A DNA stretch of 50,782 nt, taken from a virus. Lineage: Duplodnaviria > Caudoviricetes. The notes under the pieces were generated by a model, which saw only the letters and a program-made list of their open reading frames with translations, did not search any database and had not been told where the DNA came from. Made by a program: the position numbers and the translations under genes. The DNA lies in IMG/VR virus record IMGVR_UViG_3300037607_000006, positions 1-50,782 of that record; one strand, 5' to 3'. This document shows positions 34,501 to 43,900 of the stretch, one piece after another (the stretch's first letter is position 1; each line of letters begins with the position of its first letter).

Positions 34501-34578
34501 TTTGACGCGCTGGCCGCGAAGCAAGTCACCGAACAGCAACGGCTGGAGCGAATTAAATCCGTGGTGGGTGCGATGTGA
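31558..34578 (+). CDS. tape measure protein
   Basis: 1006 aa Ala-rich helical; ALKQFGIV core; internal repeat GAY.F.GALDESNRA. Confidence 0.9.
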   Translation: MADSDLIFSIIAQDQYKQQFEEARAAVDRMTQAEKDALALKAPVYEAEKKIGDALSQSTTAAQKYGDAFNDLKQKYIDGKIPQDEYIKGLAELGQKMEDTKSFGSTFAQTLTGIQSGISIAKEAIGGLKEVWDFAKQGAENQQIAASFERTAKSIGGNAGEIVSALDAAAKGTVDDEELMQASTRALTLGVAKNGDDLVKVMQLARSAALAFGGDTGQAFETINYAIGNLAPRALKQFGIVVNLKEANDAYAKSLGVTADSLTEEQQRQALLNAVLEQGTKNFGDIAGAATTTAEKMKAVETRLANILDVVKEVAATGIGTALDISDAPGNFLKAFTETAAKMRVEVAAGRMSAVDYNNALAGMAQGLRDNGFVLPVVTYNAQLLNTTIDASAKGAYGFAGALDESNRAGRRAADGAAALVIQEQLLKQAQENAGQGAYAFNGALDESNRALMRTKESAANVTGIMDELKVGMAGQLQNEFTSFNNKQDDLATKAAKVKEELEKLQATQGRAITTTSKHALTSNEATLAQLQLEKAQRELNTETSKGNLTADEQAALEAKVALNKEKLDGVTKTQISSSKQLTAAQQALKDAQAELNNNTDPLKQAKLAVEVDNLKEKLGQATGAVGKYVDNSKRIKELQGQYDEITKEVEANAKAHEDATRRILFGYAEQQLAVGGVTETEAKALDALAVKWGLKSQEDINAMQAIRDAAAGLAEDGSIDKFVGSLSDSLDTAEGKLTETQQHVVDVAAGLTHGAPINFQVGADTKPAETDVDNAKKKIAETPLVIKAQVSIGEQIKGAAGDTLAERAAQVRTQNDAIKGTTQNVFNATDLITNYAKDAMTSTGKVADTATSQVNSLADKTKVKFGDVSTSVINALTNMATVATSDLNQVQNYIDKLPTFKEFTYSIKVKGGDDIPSQRGAIGGADYFVPPNPRGGSGDYYPVIAAPGEHVVITPAGATGQSAKPGQAQTNVTNNNTYNLFDALAAKQVTEQQRLERIKSVVGAM

Positions 34579-35969
34579 GTGATCAAACCGTAGCGACATT
34601 ACAACTCGTGAAGCGCAAAGACTCGGATTCGAGCGACATCAATACATTGGACTTGTTGTCTCTCCCAACCGAGTTGCAGTATCAAGGCTGGCAGCAAGCA
34701 TTACCGCAGTCGGGCGCGTCCAGCGTCGATGAAGTCGTAACGCTTCTGATGAATGCGGGCAACGCGGATACACTCGCCACGGCGCTGCAAGCCATCGACT
34801 CTAAGATCAAGGAAACGCAATGGGCACAGGAGCCGCTCAACCCGATCGGCGTGTGGCTGCGCTCGAAGTTGCAGGGCGAGACGAACGCGCGCCAATCATT
34901 TGTGCTGAATATCAACCGGCCACAGGCGGGGCTGGGCATCACGAATCCGCTGGCCTATAACGGTATCATCCCCGACTACGGACTAGGCATCACGCGCATG
35001 CCGGTGTGGGAAAACGTCTTGAAGCAATCGATCACACCCGGCGCGATCACGGCGCATGGCGGCTCGATTTCCTACACCGTGGCGGGCGATGCACACGCGC
35101 GCGTCGCATCTATTACCAACTCTGCCCAATCCGGCAGAACCTACAATGAAATATGGATGGGCGCGAAGGGCGACCGTTACGGCATCACGGCGGCTAACTT
35201 TGTTCCGGTATGGCATTTGGGATTCAATGGCCGCGTGGATGCAGATACCACGCGCGAATTGGATAGCACGGCGTTGGATGGCAATAAATGCGTCACGACA
35301 TTTGCGACCGTAACGACGATGATCACGCGCGTTGCGGCAAGCCTTAGCAGTCTGTCTATTGCGAATCCATCCGATCAGCGCGGCAAATATATTGCCCTGC
35401 TGCGCGCCAAAACAAGCGACGCCAGTCTTGTGGTGAATGTGCGCATCGGTCAGGGTTTCAGGGATAGTGATAATCCCGCCGGTTATCATTCGATGGCTTT
35501 CTTGCCGCGCTATCCGATCTCCAACGCGGCAACTGCTTGGCACTACTACACGCTCGGCACCGTCAAGATACCGGCGATCGACGGCTTTTTCGAGCAGTCG
35601 ATCACGAGTTCGGCGCTGGCGATTCAAGCCGAGAAAGTGTCAGGCACGGGCAACCTTGAAATTGACGCCATTGTGCTGATCCCGGCGGAGCATAGCATCC
35701 ATGCGATTTTGGCGGATAGCGTCTACACTAATAGCATACCGCTGATTTTACTAAGTCGGCCCGACAAGCGGAATTATGCCATTGCTTATGAAAGCGGCGC
35801 GGGCATCATTTGGGGGTCGGCCCCGCCCGATGTGAGCAATTGGTCATTGCCGACCGGCAGCGGCGTCATCATCTGCGCGACGCAGGGCGCAAACAACATC
35901 AAGACGGATGTCTTTACGCCGGTGCTTTCGGTCTATCCCTCATACAACTCTCTACGGGGGTCAGTGTGA
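34575..35969 (+). CDS. distal tail-like protein
   Basis: first gene after tape measure, beta-rich. Confidence 0.55.
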   Translation: MSDQTVATLQLVKRKDSDSSDINTLDLLSLPTELQYQGWQQALPQSGASSVDEVVTLLMNAGNADTLATALQAIDSKIKETQWAQEPLNPIGVWLRSKLQGETNARQSFVLNINRPQAGLGITNPLAYNGIIPDYGLGITRMPVWENVLKQSITPGAITAHGGSISYTVAGDAHARVASITNSAQSGRTYNEIWMGAKGDRYGITAANFVPVWHLGFNGRVDADTTRELDSTALDGNKCVTTFATVTTMITRVAASLSSLSIANPSDQRGKYIALLRAKTSDASLVVNVRIGQGFRDSDNPAGYHSMAFLPRYPISNAATAWHYYTLGTVKIPAIDGFFEQSITSSALAIQAEKVSGTGNLEIDAIVLIPAEHSIHAILADSVYTNSIPLILLSRPDKRNYAIAYESGAGIIWGSAPPDVSNWSLPTGSGVIICATQGANNIKTDVFTPVLSVYPSYNSLRGSV

Positions 35970-37454
35970 ATGACACCCTCACTCAATCTCTATGATCCCC
36001 TGCTCTACGGTAACGGTCCGTTAGGTGACTATACCTCGGTATTCACTCCATCGTGGCGGCGCTCGATCCGCAGGCGCGGCGGCTTTTGGGTCGGCACCGT
36101 CGATGTGACCGAGAAGGAAATGACGCAAGCCGAGATGGAAGATTTCTTCCGCTATGGCCTCATGCGCGAACTGCGCGAAGGGGTCGGCGGGCAGGAAACC
36201 TGGCGCGGCGCATTGATGAAAATGGAGTACACGAAGGGCAATCAACTCTTTACCACTGACATCACGCGCATGAGCAACGCTGTCAAGGTGATCTATACGC
36301 GCATCTGGCCGACTCTACTCACCAACGGATCGGCGGAGTCGGGCGCGTGGGCATCCTACAACAGCGGCACATCGGCGCAGTCGACCGTATGGCACGCAGA
36401 CGGAACTTACTCCGATCTGATCACGACGACCGGCACCACGCAGGGCGCGCGGATTCAGACGACGATCGCGGTTACAGCGGGCCAATCCTATATCATCGAA
36501 GGCCGCCTGAATGTCGTTAGCGGCTCGTGGCGCGTGAGCGCCAATCGCGCCGACAATGATCAATCATTGGCTTTCTTCTCGACACGCGGCGGTGCGCCGG
36601 GTGACTACACCGTGAGCATGACGATCCCGGCAACCTCGACCTATACCGGCAATTGCGATTTGCGCATTACGGCAGAGTCAGGCGGCACGACGCAGATTTA
36701 CGGCGATTCATTTTCGTTCAGACAAACGCCGATCCCAAACGTCAACACTGGCTGGTATCAATCCAATGATTCGATCGCGGTATGGGGCCGAAAAGAGAAT
36801 GTGATCCTGGAGCCAGGCAAGACAACCGCAGCCGCGAACACCGAGGCGCAAACGTACCTCTCGCGCTGGGGCTGGCCGCAGCCCTACCCACCAACGAACT
36901 ACACCGCGATCGCGGCGGGATCAGAAACGCCGGGTTCGCATCTACGCTTGACCTTTGCGGGCTATTGGGCCACGTTGAACTGGCTCAGTGTGCCACAGGC
37001 GATCGACACCGGTACGATCGCCAACCTTGTAACGGCGTTAGTCGGGCAGCAATCCACCTACATCACGATCGCTCAGGTTGAAGCCAACACGACCGACTAC
37101 GCGATCGACAACCGCTCGATCCTGTTGATTGGCGACGTGATCAAGGACATTGCGGGCGACGGTAAATCGGGCGGCGCATTGTATAGCGCGGGCGTGTTGA
37201 CCAATCGCCAGTTTTTCTACAACCAGGTGCCTGCTGAACTGACCTACCATTTGCGCGGAGGTGATCTGTACAGCGTGAGTGATTCGTTGTATGAGCCGTG
37301 GCTGGCGCGTCCGGGCTATGCGCTCTGGCAGGATTTGCCGATTAGCCCCGGTGTGCCTTCATTGTTTGCTAACAACGATCCACGCTGGGTCTACATCGAA
37401 GAAATTGAAATGCTACCGGGCGGGCAACTCACCTACAACCTGGAGCCGCAATAA
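35970..37454 (+). CDS. tail hub/tip protein with carbohydrate-binding-like insert
   Basis: position; LLTNGSAESGAW...V.AGQSY CBM-like segment. Confidence 0.55.
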   Translation: MTPSLNLYDPLLYGNGPLGDYTSVFTPSWRRSIRRRGGFWVGTVDVTEKEMTQAEMEDFFRYGLMRELREGVGGQETWRGALMKMEYTKGNQLFTTDITRMSNAVKVIYTRIWPTLLTNGSAESGAWASYNSGTSAQSTVWHADGTYSDLITTTGTTQGARIQTTIAVTAGQSYIIEGRLNVVSGSWRVSANRADNDQSLAFFSTRGGAPGDYTVSMTIPATSTYTGNCDLRITAESGGTTQIYGDSFSFRQTPIPNVNTGWYQSNDSIAVWGRKENVILEPGKTTAAANTEAQTYLSRWGWPQPYPPTNYTAIAAGSETPGSHLRLTFAGYWATLNWLSVPQAIDTGTIANLVTALVGQQSTYITIAQVEANTTDYAIDNRSILLIGDVIKDIAGDGKSGGALYSAGVLTNRQFFYNQVPAELTYHLRGGDLYSVSDSLYEPWLARPGYALWQDLPISPGVPSLFANNDPRWVYIEEIEMLPGGQLTYNLEPQ

Positions 37455-40400
37455 TGCCGATCGCCTTTGGGGAGCGCCAACACCCCGTTTGGGATGCGCT
37501 GCGCGTGCAGACGTTGCAAGGGCTGCCGACGAGCGATCAAATCAGCGGCGCGGCGGCGATTAGCGGGCTAGGCAATAGCATCATCGTCTACCATTCGAGC
37601 GGCGCTGATTTGGAGTTGTTCGATCCGACGCAGGCAGGTTTGATTTTGGCGCTGGCTGCAGCAGTCAGCGGTGATACCGTATGGCTGCCGTCGATGACTA
37701 TTGCGATTACAGCGGCGCTCACGATCCCGGCTGATATAGCCCTGGTCGGCATCACCGAGAAATCACGAATCAGCGGCGCAACCGTGATCCTCAGCGCCGG
37801 CGTATTTTTAGAGCGAACTACGATCATCAATTCGCAGAATGACGCCAGCGATCATGTTGCGATTCAAGGCCCCGCTACGGGACTAGCCTACATCGGACAT
37901 TGCACGCTGACGTGCATCAACGCGGGCAGCGGCGGTGCGAGTGCAATTAACGGTGGCGCAGGTGCGCTCTATGTCCATGACTCGACCCTCACCGGCACGG
38001 CGTCCAGCGGCGCGGGTTACGGTGTGTTTGCGGGCGCTGGAAACATCACACTTGACGACTGTTGGGTATTGGGTAGCACATCTCCACTGTTCGGCACGGG
38101 AGGCGGAGGCGGCGGAACTGTCTACACGGCAGGCGCAGAGATCAGCACCGGCGCGATCACGGTCAACAGCGGCGCGGGTGACGCCATTAGCGGCCTGAGC
38201 ATCGCATCGTGGTACGCGGTCGAATGTTTCGGCGGCCCGTTCAACGCCAATCCTGCCGATCCGCGCGACTCATATCATTACACCGTCTCAAATGATGGCG
38301 GATCAGTCTGGAGTGGCTTGCTGGGAAATACCGGCATATCGATGCAACTCATCGCGCCGACCTGGGGCGTGAATCCGGTTGACCTTGACGGCCTACATGC
38401 ACGCTTCTTTTTTCAGGCGACCACCACGAGCATCTTGATCCGCACAGGTGATTTCTATTGGGTCGATAACACCGGCACGTTGTCCTGGCGCTTGCGTGCG
38501 GCGACGGCTACGACTGGCGGCGGGACGATCGCCAACATCTATACACACGGCGTACGCATGGCGATCGTGTCCGGCGATCCGCAGTTAGGCGATCGTAGTG
38601 TGTGGGATGTGTTGAATCACGGCGACCGGCACGCAAACGATATTGCGCTTGACACGCCGCTCTATCATCTGCCGACTGCAACCGCAGACGGTCAGGTCCC
38701 GATCTGGGACGCGGCAAGCGGTGAATGGCTTCCGAGTAGCAGCATTACTAATCCGGTTCCCGCCGCGCCGGAAGGCTGGCTTACGCCGTGGCAATATCGT
38801 TACCTCGTGACGATTGCCAACAGTGGATCGCTGCACACAAACTATAAGGTCGCAATCGATGTCAACACGTTACCGTTGGTTGAGGCGGGGCTGTGCAATC
38901 CTGATCTGTCTGATCTACGTGTTACTGCTGCTGATGGTGTCAGCCTTCTCCCCTTTTTCCGCGCAAATGATGCGCTGCTGTTCAATGAGTCTAATTTCTC
39001 ACGCTATGCCAGCAATCCGATTCTAGTCAGCGGCGGCGGCGGCGCGTGGGATAACGGCTGGGTGCATCCCAACAGCCTGATCGATATGGGCAACGGAACC
39101 TATCGGCTTTACTATAGCGCGAACAACACGCCGGGAGATAGCAACACGCCGGACCATATCGGCTATGCCACGTCAACCGATGGGATCGCGTGGACGAAGT
39201 ATGTCAGCAATCCGATTGTCAGCCCTGGCGCGGGCGGCGCGTGGGATGACACGAAGGTCGATCATTTCTGCGTCATCCGCGAGAGTGCATCAGTCTGGAA
39301 GGCGTGGTACATGGGCAGCAATGGATCGTTGCTGCGCATCGGCTATGCCACATCCAGCGATGGGATCACATGGTCCAAATCGGGAAGTAATCCGGTTCTA
39401 AGCAGCACGGCGGCAACGTGGGATTCTGCATTCGTTGTGCCGTCCAAAGTGCTGTTCATCAGCGGCACGTATTACCTATTCTATTGGGGCGGCACATCTA
39501 CCGGCACGCAGACGACCTGGAAGATTGGCCTTGCCACGTCAACCGATGGCATCACCTGGACCAAATCAGGCAACAATCCGATCCTGAGCGGCGCGGGATC
39601 GGGAGATTGGGATGCGGGCGTGTTAGATGTGGATGTGGTCCACATCGGCAATACATTTTTCATGTTCTACCAGGGGAACGTGTCATCTGGAAACAACAGC
39701 GCAATCGGCATTGCTACCTCGACCGATCTGATCAACTGGACGCGCTACAGCACTAATCCGTTTCCACGCGGCGGCGGCGGATCATGGGACAGCGATTGGA
39801 ATGAAGGGCCGACCCTGGCGCGCATCGGTACACAGTGGATGATGTACTACATGGGCAAGGGCAGCACCACCACAAAATCAATCGGCCTGATGGAGTTCCC
39901 CGACACTCGCCTGTGGCCGGTGATCCCAACTGTGCCAGCGGCGGGCAGCGTCGATGTGTTTGTCTATTACGGCAATCCGGCGGCGGCTGATGCTTCAACG
40001 GGCAGCGCGGGAAGTCCAGATGGCAATATCACGACTACGAACGGCACACAGTCAACCCCCGCGCTGGCTGCATGGGATGACGAGGCACAACCCGGCGCAC
40101 ACGCGAAAGACATTGACGACGCGAGTTATACGCTGCACCTTAACCCGGCGCTGAATCCTGATGTGGGCACATTTGGCGATGCCAGCAATATCCCGCAGAT
40201 CACGGTCGACGCGCGCGGCTTGATCACGGCTATCGTGAATGTACCCGTTTCAATTCCGGCACCTGTGATCAACACTTATAATGAAGAAATCACGGCAACC
40301 GGGGCGACTACCTATTACCTCGCCAACTATGCCGTACCGGGAAGTCTGCGCGTCTATATCAATGGTATCTTGCAACCTGTGACCGACGACACTGTGCCCA

Positions 40401-40477
40401 GCGATGTTGTCACCTTTGCGACCCCGCCCGCCCCTGGCGCGTTGATCACATTCGCGTATGATGTGGAGATCGTCTAA
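37454..40477 (+). CDS. receptor-binding tail protein: beta-helix + DUF2341-like + 5-bladed glycoside-hydrolase-like propeller
   Basis: AAVSGDTVWLP beta-helix start; five NP(I/V)....WD repeats with IGYATS.DG..W blades; DLRVT..DG..LLP and VYYGNP DUF2341 halves. Confidence 0.75.
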   Translation: MPIAFGERQHPVWDALRVQTLQGLPTSDQISGAAAISGLGNSIIVYHSSGADLELFDPTQAGLILALAAAVSGDTVWLPSMTIAITAALTIPADIALVGITEKSRISGATVILSAGVFLERTTIINSQNDASDHVAIQGPATGLAYIGHCTLTCINAGSGGASAINGGAGALYVHDSTLTGTASSGAGYGVFAGAGNITLDDCWVLGSTSPLFGTGGGGGGTVYTAGAEISTGAITVNSGAGDAISGLSIASWYAVECFGGPFNANPADPRDSYHYTVSNDGGSVWSGLLGNTGISMQLIAPTWGVNPVDLDGLHARFFFQATTTSILIRTGDFYWVDNTGTLSWRLRAATATTGGGTIANIYTHGVRMAIVSGDPQLGDRSVWDVLNHGDRHANDIALDTPLYHLPTATADGQVPIWDAASGEWLPSSSITNPVPAAPEGWLTPWQYRYLVTIANSGSLHTNYKVAIDVNTLPLVEAGLCNPDLSDLRVTAADGVSLLPFFRANDALLFNESNFSRYASNPILVSGGGGAWDNGWVHPNSLIDMGNGTYRLYYSANNTPGDSNTPDHIGYATSTDGIAWTKYVSNPIVSPGAGGAWDDTKVDHFCVIRESASVWKAWYMGSNGSLLRIGYATSSDGITWSKSGSNPVLSSTAATWDSAFVVPSKVLFISGTYYLFYWGGTSTGTQTTWKIGLATSTDGITWTKSGNNPILSGAGSGDWDAGVLDVDVVHIGNTFFMFYQGNVSSGNNSAIGIATSTDLINWTRYSTNPFPRGGGGSWDSDWNEGPTLARIGTQWMMYYMGKGSTTTKSIGLMEFPDTRLWPVIPTVPAAGSVDVFVYYGNPAAADASTGSAGSPDGNITTTNGTQSTPALAAWDDEAQPGAHAKDIDDASYTLHLNPALNPDVGTFGDASNIPQITVDARGLITAIVNVPVSIPAPVINTYNEEITATGATTYYLANYAVPGSLRVYINGILQPVTDDTVPSDVVTFATPPAPGALITFAYDVEIV

Positions 40478-41727
40478 TGGCAACCGTGAGCAATGCAACG
40501 TCAACCTTTGTCGCGCAGTTCGATCCGTCGAATCTCTCCGCGTTTGGCACGCTCGAAACCGCCGACTTGACACCGGTGCTGCAAGGTGATTTCGTCTACG
40601 GACTCAACACGCAGATTTGGAACACGGCGGTCACATCAGGATCGGGCGCAGCAGTAGACACGAATGCAAGCCGCTTGCGGATTCAGTCAGGCACGAACAG
40701 CGCAGGCTATGCTTACATTCAATCTCGCCGCGCCGCACGCTATCGTGCGGGACAAGGCACAATCGCCCGCTTTACAATGCTGTTCACCACAGGCGCGGCG
40801 AACAATATCCAACTGTGGGGCATGGGATCAATCTCATCTAACGTGCCGTATGATGGCTATTTCTTTGGCTTCAATGGCACGGCCTTTGGGATCGTGCGCT
40901 ATGTGGGCGGCACACCGACCTGGGTTGCGCAGACGGCCTGGAATGGCGACAAGTGTGATGGCAGCGCGGGATCATCGTTCACGCTCGATCCGACGAAGGG
41001 CAACGTGGCGATGATCAAGTATCCCTATCTGGGATACGGCGACATTGATTTCTACATCCTCAGCCCCGGCACCGATCGGTGGGCGTTGGTCCACACGATC
41101 AAATATCCCAACACATCGACGGCAACACAACTCACTAACCCGACGATCCGCTTCACGGGCTTCACACTCAACAGTGGCAACACGACGAATCAAATCATGT
41201 ACTGCGGCTCGGTTGGTGTGTTCATTTCGGGCGTGCGCTCATTTGTCGGCAACCCTAAGTGGGCGATCGACAACAACAAGGCGACGATCACGACCGAGAC
41301 AAACATCCTCACGCTGCAAAACTGCACGACTTATAACGGCGTGGCGAATCGCGGTCAGATCAGGCTTAACTCGATCTCGATCGGCGCGGATGCTGGTAAA
41401 AATGTCGTGGCGACCGCCACGCTGCGGCTTAAGATCAATGCGACATTAGGCGGCTCACCATCCTACACGACGATCAACGGCACAACCGCCGACAACGGCG
41501 TCACCATCACGGCGGGCAATTCGATCGTATCCTATGACGTGGCCGGCACGACGATCGCGGCTGGAGTGCTGATCTTCAACTTGACGATTTCAGAACCGGG
41601 TTGGCAATGGGCCGACCTGACGCCGTTTGATTTATTCGTAGCACCGGGCGAGACGTTGACCATATCCGGTTTTTCGAGCAGCAGCGCGACGATCACGGTA
41701 GCAATCAACTGGACCGAGGATATATAA
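40477..41727 (+). CDS. virion/tail-associated protein
   Basis: T/G/S-rich; RYRAGQG..RFT, GYFFG..G, Y.YLGYG motifs. Confidence 0.6.
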   Translation: MATVSNATSTFVAQFDPSNLSAFGTLETADLTPVLQGDFVYGLNTQIWNTAVTSGSGAAVDTNASRLRIQSGTNSAGYAYIQSRRAARYRAGQGTIARFTMLFTTGAANNIQLWGMGSISSNVPYDGYFFGFNGTAFGIVRYVGGTPTWVAQTAWNGDKCDGSAGSSFTLDPTKGNVAMIKYPYLGYGDIDFYILSPGTDRWALVHTIKYPNTSTATQLTNPTIRFTGFTLNSGNTTNQIMYCGSVGVFISGVRSFVGNPKWAIDNNKATITTETNILTLQNCTTYNGVANRGQIRLNSISIGADAGKNVVATATLRLKINATLGGSPSYTTINGTTADNGVTITAGNSIVSYDVAGTTIAAGVLIFNLTISEPGWQWADLTPFDLFVAPGETLTISGFSSSSATITVAINWTEDI

Positions 41728-42900
41728 ATGACTACATCTCAGGACATGATACGCGGGCGATCGAATGTCGTCACCCTTACCAACAACAGCGGCGGCGCAC
41801 TCGTGGCCGGTGATGTGTGCGTACAGGATACCGCCGGCGATGAATACGTGACGACCACCACCAGCGCGGCGAGTGTGCTTAAAGTTTTCATTGCGGCGGA
41901 GTCGATTGCCGGCGCCGCGGCGGGCCGCTTTTACGCCAGCGGCTATTGCCCGCTCGTCACGCCCAGCGCCAGCACCACGCGGGGCCGCTATCTCTTCACA
42001 CATACCGTCGCCAAGCAAGCCGCCGAAAACGCGACGTATGGCACAGGCGCGTTTGGCGTCATTCTAAAATCAGGCACGACACCGAGTGTGTGGCTGTTCG
42101 GATCGACGGCACAGGGCAGCGGCGGAGTCGCGCGCAGCGGCGCAACCACGGATGGACATTTGGCTGTGTGGAATGGTTCAAGCGCAGACAGCATCAAGGA
42201 TGGCGGCGCAATCGGCGCAGGTGGCGCGGCCACGACCGATCATTTTGTCACTACAGCGGCGGAGTCCGATCTGAGCGCCGAGGTAGCAATCCCCGGCTTA
42301 GCAGGCAGCGCAGACATATTGGGAGCGGCGGGCGCAGGCACCAGCGAGGAATACGACACGGCGACGACTGGCCTGACGTGGGGCAGCGCACCGACGACTG
42401 AAGATAGCAACACGACAGTTAAGAGTCATCTCTATGTAGCCGACTCAAACGCTACAACGAAATACGGTGTCAAGGCGTGGGCTCCGGCGGGCGCATTCGA
42501 TGCCAGGGCAAAAATTGCGATCGGAGCTGAGCAGGCCACGAGCGGATATGAGTTTAGCCTGATCGTCGTCGATAGTGGGACGGTTCCAACAAACGGCGCG
42601 GCGCTGCTGTTTACGGCAAACGTCAATGGTGGGTATCTCGTGCAGGCATTCACGATTGCATCAACATCATTCACGCAGCGCGGCAGCACGGCGACAACGC
42701 ACGTTAACCCGGTCTATTTGCGCATCACGCGCGACGGATCGAACAATGTCAAGTTCTACTACTCCGAAAACGGGATAACGTGGAAGTTTATAGTAACGCA
42801 AAATCACACGTTCACCGTGGCAAAAATCGGGTATAGGATTTCATCGGGTGATGCTGCATCGCACTATGGGATCGTGGATTGGTTGAGGACAAGCGTATAG
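41728..42900 (+). CDS. tail fibre-like protein with C-terminal lectin-like domain
   Basis: TNNSGGALVAGDV, DGHLAVWNG..IKDGG, YLRITRDG...YYSENG.TW. Confidence 0.6.
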   Translation: MTTSQDMIRGRSNVVTLTNNSGGALVAGDVCVQDTAGDEYVTTTTSAASVLKVFIAAESIAGAAAGRFYASGYCPLVTPSASTTRGRYLFTHTVAKQAAENATYGTGAFGVILKSGTTPSVWLFGSTAQGSGGVARSGATTDGHLAVWNGSSADSIKDGGAIGAGGAATTDHFVTTAAESDLSAEVAIPGLAGSADILGAAGAGTSEEYDTATTGLTWGSAPTTEDSNTTVKSHLYVADSNATTKYGVKAWAPAGAFDARAKIAIGAEQATSGYEFSLIVVDSGTVPTNGAALLFTANVNGGYLVQAFTIASTSFTQRGSTATTHVNPVYLRITRDGSNNVKFYYSENGITWKFIVTQNHTFTVAKIGYRISSGDAASHYGIVDWLRTSV

Positions 42901-42911
42901 CGTAGCGATTG

Positions 42912-43178
42912 CTATTTGATACTCTCAGGGTTCATACATTGCGCTTCGTTCGCGCCGTTCGCCCGACATACCGCGCAGTAGTGATTCACGATCTCCCTCA
43001 CCTGCCCGCAACACGCGCACGGCGCGATCTCGCGGCGAACAGCAATGACGCACTGCGGCGAATACACCGACTCAGGAGCGCCCTCACGCGCCCCTGAGTC
43101 GTATGCCGTGTCACGCTTCTTGCCGTGGTTCCGGTCATTGCGGTTTGCGGGCGATTGTGCCCCTAGACGTTTGGACAT
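42912..43178 (-). CDS. hypothetical protein with CxxC motifs
   Basis: CACC...CAVC. Confidence 0.4.
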   Translation of the reverse strand: MSKRLGAQSPANRNDRNHGKKRDTAYDSGAREGAPESVYSPQCVIAVRREIAPCACCGQVREIVNHYCAVCRANGANEAQCMNPESIK

Positions 43179-43640
43179 ACGTTGCCCCCTAGGCTTGCCC
43201 CCTAGACTTTCGGAGCGACGACGCCGAACAAACCGCGCCGCTCGGTCGGGCGTACAACCACTTTCAGCACAAGGTAGTGACCCGGCGGCAGCGTCAATGC
43301 CCGGTCGTCGCTATCGGGTAACTTCACAGTCAAATCAACCCGCTCCGCGTCCGTGATGGCGTGTACGGTCTCAATCGTCTGAATCTCATAGAGTTGTTGT
43401 AGTGTAGTTTTCTGCTTTGCCTCGGCCATTTGTAAGCCTCACAGGTGCTAGATATTTGCTGCGCTTTACCATTTTCGACTTGCCCCCTAGGGTGCCCCCT
43501 AGACTTTGCCCCCTAGGCTCTCGCCAACGCTGATACCAGTATAACGCGGTTCCACCCGTTTTCTTTTTCTCAATCCAACCTCGCCCAGGCAGGACTTCGA
43601 TCAGCGTTTCGTCAACGTTGCCCCCTAGGGTGCCCCCTAG
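43159..43640. repeat. eight direct copies of GCCCC(C)TAG in three clusters
   Basis: copies at 43159, 43184, 43197, 43482, 43494, 43508, 43620, 43632. Confidence 0.85.
43202..43429 (-). CDS. hypothetical protein
   Basis: GAGG RBS, 75 aa. Confidence 0.55.
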   Translation of the reverse strand: MAEAKQKTTLQQLYEIQTIETVHAITDAERVDLTVKLPDSDDRALTLPPGHYLVLKVVVRPTERRGLFGVVAPKV

Positions 43641-43753
43641 ACTGTTATGATCGCCGTCACCGCTAAGTACACGAGCAGGCCGACGACGACTAGCAGCGCG
43701 GCGGCTAGGGCGATCGAGATCAGTGACAGTAGGAATTTCTGTAAGAGTTCCAT
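43637..43753 (-). CDS. small hydrophobic single-TM peptide (38 aa)
   Basis: GAGGGAG RBS; MELLQKFLLSLISIALAAALLVVVGLLVYLAVTAIITV. Confidence 0.5.
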   Translation of the reverse strand: MELLQKFLLSLISIALAAALLVVVGLLVYLAVTAIITV

Positions 43754-43900
43754 GATTATCTCCCTCTATGGTATCTTCCCGATGTTCGCCAGATGCACCA
43801 AGTACGCCGTTGCCAGCATTGCCCACAGGGTGATCAATGCTGGCAGTAATCGGCTCGACCCGCGAAACTGTTGGCGCGGGCTGCGGCGGCGCGGCATGGG

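Noticed and set aside
43159-43640. CRISPR array
   Set aside because: Repeats are only 8-9 bp with irregular spacing, no unique spacers and no cas genes
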